Positions 57,924 through 64,000 of a DNA stretch of 64,000 nucleotides are shown piece by piece. The stretch is from the NCBI GenBank assembly GCA_040905465.1, contig JBBDRK010000036.1, positions 73,244-137,243 of the forward strand. Reading direction: 5' to 3'. The stretch comes from Trueperaceae bacterium (GTDB taxonomy: Bacteria > Deinococcota > Deinococci > Deinococcales > Trueperaceae). Made by a program: the position numbers and the translations under genes. How positions within the stretch are numbered: position 1 is the first letter of the stretch; each line of letters begins with the position of its first letter. Below the pieces are notes generated by a model. The model was not told where the DNA came from, made no database searches, and was given only the letters and a program-made list of their open reading frames with translations.

Positions 57924-58889
57924 ATGCGATCTGAGGTGGACAAGGAAGCCGCGGACGGCGCAGCAATGACCTCCAGCAGCGTGGACCTGAGGCTTTGCTA
58001 CCAGCCACCGCTCGATTGGTCCTCGCTGCTCGGATTCCTGGCACTTCGGGCGACGCCGGGCGTGGAGCTGGTGGACGGAGATGCCTATCGCAGGAGCGTC
58101 CGACTGGGCGGCACGAGCGGAATCATCGAGGTGAGTCGAATCCGCGACGGAAACCACCTGCTCCTTCGTGCTCCGGCAGCATTCGAACCGTCGCTGCCGT
58201 ATCTCAGGAGTCGCATCGAACGGATATTCGACCTGACGACCGCGACGGCCGACATCGCTGCGCAACTGACCTCGGATGCAACTTTGGGTTCGGCGGTCAC
58301 GACGTTCCCGGGCATTCGCGTGCCCGGCAGTTGGGCCGGGTTCGAGACCGCGGTAAGGGCGATCCTGGGCCAGGTAGTCAGCGTCAAAGCGGCCACGGCG
58401 CTGGCCGGCAGACTTGTCGCCCGCCACGGCGAGGAGCTGGGCGCCCAGGCCGTGCCGGGCCTCAGCCACCTGTTCCCGACTCCGGAACGGCTGGCAGACG
58501 CGGACCTCACCGAACTGGGGTTGTCCGGCCAGAAGATGCGGTCGATCGGGGCGCTGGCGCGCGAGGTAGCGAGCGGCCGGCTCCGGCTCGACAGTCCCGG
58601 CGATACCGCGGCTACCGCCGCACGGCTCCTGACTCTGCCGGGAGTGGGGCCGTGGACAGTGCAGTACATAAGCATGCGCGCCCTGGGCGAGTCGGACGCC
58701 TTTCCGGCCGGCGATCTGATCTTGCGGCGCGCCGCCGCGCCTAAGCCGGGCGTTACCCTGACCGAGGCAGGACTCACCGCCCTCGCCGAGCGTTGGCGCC
58801 CCTGGCGTGCCTACGCGGCGATGCTGCTGTGGGCGTCGTACTCGGCGCCACGTCCGGCACCGGGATCGGTGGCGGGAGGAGGAGCATGA
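57924..58889 (+). CDS. alkA: DNA-3-methyladenine glycosylase II (AlkA_N + HhH-GPD); alternative start 57966
   Basis: RATPGVE, FETAVRAILGQ, FPTPE, LPGVGPWT, DAFPAGD, WRPWRAYA. Confidence 0.92.
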   Translation: MRSEVDKEAADGAAMTSSSVDLRLCYQPPLDWSSLLGFLALRATPGVELVDGDAYRRSVRLGGTSGIIEVSRIRDGNHLLLRAPAAFEPSLPYLRSRIERIFDLTTATADIAAQLTSDATLGSAVTTFPGIRVPGSWAGFETAVRAILGQVVSVKAATALAGRLVARHGEELGAQAVPGLSHLFPTPERLADADLTELGLSGQKMRSIGALAREVASGRLRLDSPGDTAATAARLLTLPGVGPWTVQYISMRALGESDAFPAGDLILRRAAAPKPGVTLTEAGLTALAERWRPWRAYAAMLLWASYSAPRPAPGSVAGGGA

Positions 58890-59395
58890 CTCGCTACACC
58901 TTCCATGAGACCCCCATCGGGCACCTCACCCTGGCAGAGAACGATGCGGGGCTCGCCTCGATCCGCTTCGAGGAGGCGGCGAAGCAGCGGCCACCGGAAA
59001 GCGATTGGCGCTTCGTCGACAGGCTCGAGCTGGACGCCGCGGCGCAACTGGACGCCTATTTCTCCAGAGAGCTCACCACCTTCGACCTGCCGCTGGCGCC
59101 GATGGGAAGCCGCTTCCAGTTGGCGGTGTGGCGCGCGGTGGGCCGAATTCCATACGGGGAGACCCGCTCCTACCTCGACATCGCCAACGAGCTCGGGCAG
59201 CCCGGGTCGGTCCGGTCGGTGGGCGCCGCCAATGGCGCCAACCCGCTGCCCATAGTGGTTCCGTGCCACCGGGTGCTAGGAAGCGACGGCTCGCTCACCG
59301 GCTACGCCGGCGGACTGGAGCTAAAGAGGAGGCTGCTCGAACTGGAGCAGCCTCACAAGTTCGGACTGGGTCCGCTGTTCGCGGACAGGGCCTAG
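58886..59395 (+). CDS. ogt: Methylated-DNA--protein-cysteine methyltransferase
   Basis: IPYGETRSY, NPLPIVVPCHRV, LTGYAGG. Confidence 0.95.
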   Translation: MTRYTFHETPIGHLTLAENDAGLASIRFEEAAKQRPPESDWRFVDRLELDAAAQLDAYFSRELTTFDLPLAPMGSRFQLAVWRAVGRIPYGETRSYLDIANELGQPGSVRSVGAANGANPLPIVVPCHRVLGSDGSLTGYAGGLELKRRLLELEQPHKFGLGPLFADRA

Positions 59396-59435
59396 AAACT
59401 TACCAGCGGCAAGAGTCGGTCTACGCGCCAACTGC

Positions 59436-59819
59436 TCAATCCCGACCTGGCCGCTGGCTGATGAAGGTTATCCAGGCCGGCTCGATCTCGAATCCCAACC
59501 TGCGGTTCACATGCTGCATGGCGGAATCGGCCCCTCCCCCGCCGGCGTTCAATTCGCGGCATCCCAACTCGCGAGCGGCTGCCGTGGTCCGCGACTTCAA
59601 GGCGGTCGCGATGCCGCGGACGCGGTAGGAGCGGGCCACGCCGGTGAAGCCGCACCCCAGACTGCGAGCGCCCGGCTCGCCGCAAGTGCTGGCAATGCCC
59701 ACGTAGGCGCCGTCGGTCCCGACCGCGACCGTGCAGGTGTCGAGAATCGTTTCGTCGTCGGTTACGTCCGGTCTCCTCCTGGGAATTATCGGCTCGAATC
59801 GGTGCGTCGACAGTATCAT
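59436..59819 (-). pseudogene. GNAT acetyltransferase C-terminal domain, probably 5'-truncated
   Basis: FTGVARSYRVRGIATALK and M..VNRRLGF; no convincing start. Confidence 0.55.
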
Positions 59820-59899
59820 GCATGCTGCTGCTGGTGATGGCCGGCGTGGCAATTCACAAGCCGCCCGGCTCGGTAGTCTAAGGCCGCCTTTGGCGGCTG

Positions 59900-59957
59900 T
59901 TGCAAAAGTGGATTCTGTTTCATTACAATGGCCGGCGTGATTCTACCGGCTGTTTGA
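59900..59957 (+). promoter_or_regulatory. Promoter plus leaderless hexapeptide uORF (MILPAV) ahead of the ABC exporter
   Basis: TTGCAA-18 nt-TACAAT; GTG ATT CTA CCG GCT GTT TGA starts 7 nt after the -10. Confidence 0.55.
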
Positions 59958-60250
59958 TACCAATCGCGAGATCGGCGGCGCCCATGTCCAATCGGAGCAA
60001 CGATCCGAAGCGCGTGTGCCGGCCTTTCTCGTCTTGAACAGTTGCAGCGCCTGACGCGCGCTGTCCCGAACCACCTCGACCCCAAATCACAATCGCCTGC
60101 AAGCCGACATCGATGGTCCCGTGCCTTCTGGCCGTCGGCAAGCGCAGCGGGTAATCCCCTCCCCCGTCCACTTTCGCTGGCTGTCTTCGACAACTTGGAG
60201 TTCGGACTGATGAAGTCCCGTCTGATTCACACACGCCGCCGGAGGGCCCG

Positions 60251-62041
60251 ATGACCGTCGAAACGATTCCGCTTCCGTCGGGCAATACCGAGTTCACCGT
60301 CACCGACGCGCCGCGCTACGACCGGTCCACTCCCGTGCGCTGGATCCTCTCGCACATCGCGCGCTACAAGCTGCTCGTCGGCGCGTTCCTGGTGGGCATC
60401 GTCATTACCCAGGTGCTGTTCTCCGCCGTACCCCGGCTGACCGGCCTGGCCTTCGACCTGGTCCTCCAGCCGAATCCGAACGGCGGTCGGCTGCTCACCA
60501 TCGCAGGCGTCATGCTCGCCATCCTGGCCGTACGGGTGGTGTTCGACCTGGCTGCTTTCTTCTCGATCGAGACCCTGGGCCAGCGGCTCGAGCGCGACTC
60601 GCGCGAGGAGCTTTACACCAGCCTGCTCGGCAAGAGCCAGACCTTCCACAACAGGCAGCGGGTCGGCGACGTGATGGCGCGGGTGACCAACGACGTGCGC
60701 CAGCTGAACGCGATGATGAATCCAGGCCTGGCGCTGATCGGCGACACCGTGATCGGAATGACTGTGCCGCTGGTGTTCATCGGCCTCATCGACCTGCGCC
60801 TGCTGGTGGCGCCCATCGCCTTCCTGGTGACGTTCGTGTTCGCCCTGCGCCGGTACATGCGGCAGCTCAATCCGGTTGCCGGCGCCATGCGTCGCCAGTT
60901 CGGAGTGATGAACGCCGGCCTGAACGAGACCATTACCGGCATCGAGCTGGTCAAGTCGGCGGCCCAGGAGGAACAGGAGAAGGGCAAGTTCGTTACGACC
61001 GCGGCCACCTTCCGCGATTACTTCGTCCGCCATGGCGAGGTCCAGGCCCGCTACCTGCCGATCCTGCTCTACGGCTTCATGCTGACCATCGCCTTCGCCC
61101 ACGGCTTGTGGCTGCTGTCGACGGGCGCGCTGAGCGTGGGCGAGCTGGTGGCCTATGTGGGACTGGTGGGGGCCCTGCGCGGCCTGGCCGACATCTCGAT
61201 CTTCTCCTTCTCCCTGGTTCAGTTGGGTCTCGCCGGTGCAGAGCGAATTCTGGAGTTGATCAGGGAGGAGACGGAACTCGACGAGAACCCGGCCGGCTTC
61301 AGCGACCGGGTGAAGGGCGAGATCGTGTTCGAGGACGTCACTTTCGGCTACCACGGCGCCGACGGTAAGCCTGCTCTCAGGAACGTCTCGTTCCGAGCGG
61401 TTGCCGGCCAGACGATCGCGATCGTGGGGCAGACCGGATCGGGCAAGAGCAGCCTGGTGAAACTGGTCAACCGGGTGCACGACGTGGACACCGGTCGGGT
61501 TCTGGTCGACGGCGTAGACGTGCGCGACTGGAAACTCGAGTCGTTGCGGCAGCAGATCTCGGTGATCGAACAGGACGTCTTCCTGTTCTCGCGCTCGGTA
61601 GCGGACAACATCGCCTTCGGCCTTACCGGCGCCTCACGCGAGGCCGTCATCGACGCCGCCAGGGCCGCTCAGGCCCACGACTTCATCACAGGCTTCAGCG
61701 ACGGTTACGACACGGTGATCGGAGAGCGTGGAGTAACACTCTCGGGCGGTCAACGCCAGCGACTTGCGATCGCCCGCGCTCTGCTTACCGACCCGCGCAT
61801 CCTGATACTGGACGACAGCACCAGCGCCATCGACAGCGCCACCGAGGACGCCATCCAGAAGGCCATCAACAAGGTCCTGGAGGGCAGGACCACACTTATG
61901 ATCACCCACCGCCTGTCTCAGATAAGGCGAGCGGACAAGATCCTGGTGATCGACCGCGGCGAGATAACCGACCAGGGCAGCCACTGGGAGCTGCTCGAGC
62001 GCAGCCCGCTCTACGGGCGCATCTTCGCGAGGTACGACTAG
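60251..62041 (+). CDS. Heterodimeric ABC exporter subunit 1 (TMD+NBD)
   Basis: GQTGSGKS, LSGGQRQ, degenerate Walker B LILDDSTSAID. Confidence 0.93.
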   Translation: MTVETIPLPSGNTEFTVTDAPRYDRSTPVRWILSHIARYKLLVGAFLVGIVITQVLFSAVPRLTGLAFDLVLQPNPNGGRLLTIAGVMLAILAVRVVFDLAAFFSIETLGQRLERDSREELYTSLLGKSQTFHNRQRVGDVMARVTNDVRQLNAMMNPGLALIGDTVIGMTVPLVFIGLIDLRLLVAPIAFLVTFVFALRRYMRQLNPVAGAMRRQFGVMNAGLNETITGIELVKSAAQEEQEKGKFVTTAATFRDYFVRHGEVQARYLPILLYGFMLTIAFAHGLWLLSTGALSVGELVAYVGLVGALRGLADISIFSFSLVQLGLAGAERILELIREETELDENPAGFSDRVKGEIVFEDVTFGYHGADGKPALRNVSFRAVAGQTIAIVGQTGSGKSSLVKLVNRVHDVDTGRVLVDGVDVRDWKLESLRQQISVIEQDVFLFSRSVADNIAFGLTGASREAVIDAARAAQAHDFITGFSDGYDTVIGERGVTLSGGQRQRLAIARALLTDPRILILDDSTSAIDSATEDAIQKAINKVLEGRTTLMITHRLSQIRRADKILVIDRGEITDQGSHWELLERSPLYGRIFARYD

Positions 62042-62075
62042 TGTCCGCCGCGTTGCAAGAACAGAGGGAGTTGTC

Positions 62076-63902
62076 ATGGGATTCCTGATGGACGGCCTCA
62101 GCGGCGAGGCCTACGACCGCACATACAGCGACGGCCAGCTCCTGGTCCGGATTCTGCGCTACTTTCGGCGCTACCTGCCGATGATGCTCCTGGTCGCAAC
62201 GATGATCCTGCTGGCGGCGAGCATGGGCGCGGCGCTGCCGATCCTGTTGGCGGGCGCCGTGGACCGGGTGGCAGGCTCGGTCGGCGCCGGGAACGAGCTA
62301 TGGCGGCGCGCGGCCCCACTGATCCTCGGCGTGCTTGTCGCGGGCGGGCTGGCCTGGACGTTCAATTTCGTGCGTCAGTGGTTTACCGCCAGGGCGGTGG
62401 GCAACGTTGTGCTGAACCTTCGCAAGGATGCGTTCGACGCGGTTCTCGCGCGCGACATGTCTTTCTACGACGAATTCCCCACCGGCAAGATCGTCAGCCG
62501 CGTGACATCCGACACCCAGGACTTCGCAACCGTCGTAACGCTGACGCTGAACCTCCTGGGACAGGTCCTGCAGGTGCTGATCCTGATCGGCATCCTCTTC
62601 TGGATAGACATCCGCCTGGCTCTCATCGCCCTTTCGATCGCACCGCTGATCGTCGCCGCGGCGCTCGGCTTCCGTCACATCGCCCGCCACACAACCAGGC
62701 ATGCCCGCAGGGCACTGGCAGACGTCAACGCCAACATCCAGGAGTCGGTGACGGGAATCTCGGTCGCCAAGGCGTTCCGGCAGGAGTCCTCGCTGTTCGC
62801 AGGCTTCAGCGAGATAAACCAGCGCTCCTACACGCTGAACCTGAACCAGGGCCTGGTGTTCAGCGGCATCTTCCCGGTGCTTGCCACTATCGCCGGCATC
62901 GGCACCGCTCTGGTGGTCTACTTCGGCGGCCACAGCGTTCTCGACGGTGTGACCACACCAGGCCAGTGGTTCTTGTTCGTTGAGAGCGTCGCCTACTTCT
63001 GGTTCCCGCTTACCAGCATCGCCTCGTTCTGGTCGCAGTTCCAGCTCGGGCTTTCGGCCAGCGAGCGCGTTTTCGCGTTGGTGGACGCCGAGCCGCGCGT
63101 GGTCCAGACGAACGATCGACCGGTTTCTGTGTTGGCCGGACGGATCGAGTTCCGGGCGGTCGATTTCCGCTACACCGACCAGGAACAGGTGCTGAGTCGC
63201 TTCAACATGGTGATTCCGGCCGGCCAGACGGTAGCTCTGGTTGGTCACACCGGGGCCGGCAAGTCCAGCCTCGGCAAGCTTGTCGCCCGATTCTACGAGT
63301 TCCAGGGGGGCCGGCTGTTGATAGACGGCGAAGATATCCGCGAGTTCGACCTTCCCAGCTTCCGCCGCCACCTCGGCATCGTCCAGCAGACCCCGTTCCT
63401 GTTCGCCGGAACGGTTCGCGACAACATCCGCTACGGCAGTCCGGACACGTCCGACAGCGACGCCGTGGCCGCAGCGAAGAGCATCGGCGGAGGCGACTGG
63501 CTGGACACTCTGCCGCAAGGCCTCGACACCGAGGTAGGCGAGGGCGGGCGCGGGATCTCGATGGGCCAACGTCAGCTGGTGGCACTGGCGCGGGTGCTGT
63601 TGCAGGACCCGCGCATCCTCATCCTCGACGAGGCGACCGCCAGCGTCGATCCTCTGACCGAGGCGCAGATTCAGGAGGGGTTGGAAGTAGTACTGCGAGA
63701 CCGAACCGCCATCGTCATCGCTCACCGGCTATCGACCGTCCGCACGGCAGATCGGATCGTGGTGTTGCGCCAGGGGGCGATAATCGAGGAGGGAACGCAC
63801 GCCGGTCTGCTCGAACGTGCCGGCCACTACGCTGAGTTGTACAACACCTACTTCAGGCACCAATCTCCCGACTACGACCCGACCAGACCGCTGGTCCCCT
63901 GA
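62076..63902 (+). CDS. Heterodimeric ABC exporter subunit 2 (TMD+NBD)
   Basis: GHTGAGKS, degenerate signature ISMGQRQ, LILDEATASVD, IAHRLST. Confidence 0.93.
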   Translation: MGFLMDGLSGEAYDRTYSDGQLLVRILRYFRRYLPMMLLVATMILLAASMGAALPILLAGAVDRVAGSVGAGNELWRRAAPLILGVLVAGGLAWTFNFVRQWFTARAVGNVVLNLRKDAFDAVLARDMSFYDEFPTGKIVSRVTSDTQDFATVVTLTLNLLGQVLQVLILIGILFWIDIRLALIALSIAPLIVAAALGFRHIARHTTRHARRALADVNANIQESVTGISVAKAFRQESSLFAGFSEINQRSYTLNLNQGLVFSGIFPVLATIAGIGTALVVYFGGHSVLDGVTTPGQWFLFVESVAYFWFPLTSIASFWSQFQLGLSASERVFALVDAEPRVVQTNDRPVSVLAGRIEFRAVDFRYTDQEQVLSRFNMVIPAGQTVALVGHTGAGKSSLGKLVARFYEFQGGRLLIDGEDIREFDLPSFRRHLGIVQQTPFLFAGTVRDNIRYGSPDTSDSDAVAAAKSIGGGDWLDTLPQGLDTEVGEGGRGISMGQRQLVALARVLLQDPRILILDEATASVDPLTEAQIQEGLEVVLRDRTAIVIAHRLSTVRTADRIVVLRQGAIIEEGTHAGLLERAGHYAELYNTYFRHQSPDYDPTRPLVP

Positions 63903-64000
63903 AAGGTTGTTGAAAGGTTGTGTCCCGCCAACGGGCTATGAACTGTCGCATGGAGCCCGACGGCGGAGTATCATCACCACACCCTTAGTGGGAAAAAATC

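Noticed and set aside
60207-60265. Hammerhead ribozyme (CTGATGA ... GAAA)
   Set aside because: No stem II closes between the core elements, and the GAAA lies within the ABC coding sequence
1-64000. tRNA or rRNA genes
   Set aside because: No cloverleaf or rRNA-like segment recognised by eye; tRNAscan-SE/Infernal would be needed to exclude them formally

Overview
High-GC bacterial chromosomal window, most likely Deinococcota (Truepera-like). This inference rests on many leaderless TANNNT promoters 5-7 nt before start codons, a type IB topoisomerase, a non-canonical PolX-PHP and a DrRRA-like response regulator. From left to right it holds: a sugar-catabolism cluster (two Gfo/Idh/MocA oxidoreductases, LacD-type aldolase, YihV-like PfkB kinase, ABC importer, fucose-isomerase-like gene) split by an RHH-MNT/HEPN toxin-antitoxin pair; thiI; a CAP protein; a locus with two paralogous RIO1-family kinases, a TerB-like gene and TopIB, preceded by a 25-codon leader peptide inside a highly structured 5' leader; PAS-LuxR, SDR and MFS genes; alaS-ruvX-mltG; a TRAP transporter; polX; phnDCEE; coaX and dcd; a ~1.7 kb recombination scar with gene fragments, two truncated toxins and a diverged second copy of the histidine kinase 3' end; a two-component system; envelope proteins; truB, ald, ruvA; a NatAB-like ABC; an SRPBCC/ADH/SDR operon; alkA-ogt; and a heterodimeric ABC exporter with a leaderless uORF. 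No rRNA, tRNA, CRISPR array, transposase or integrase was recognised. Best candidate for an undescribed system: the leader-peptide/RNA-switch-controlled tandem RIO kinase locus (13719-17491). All family calls come from motif recognition, not database searches.
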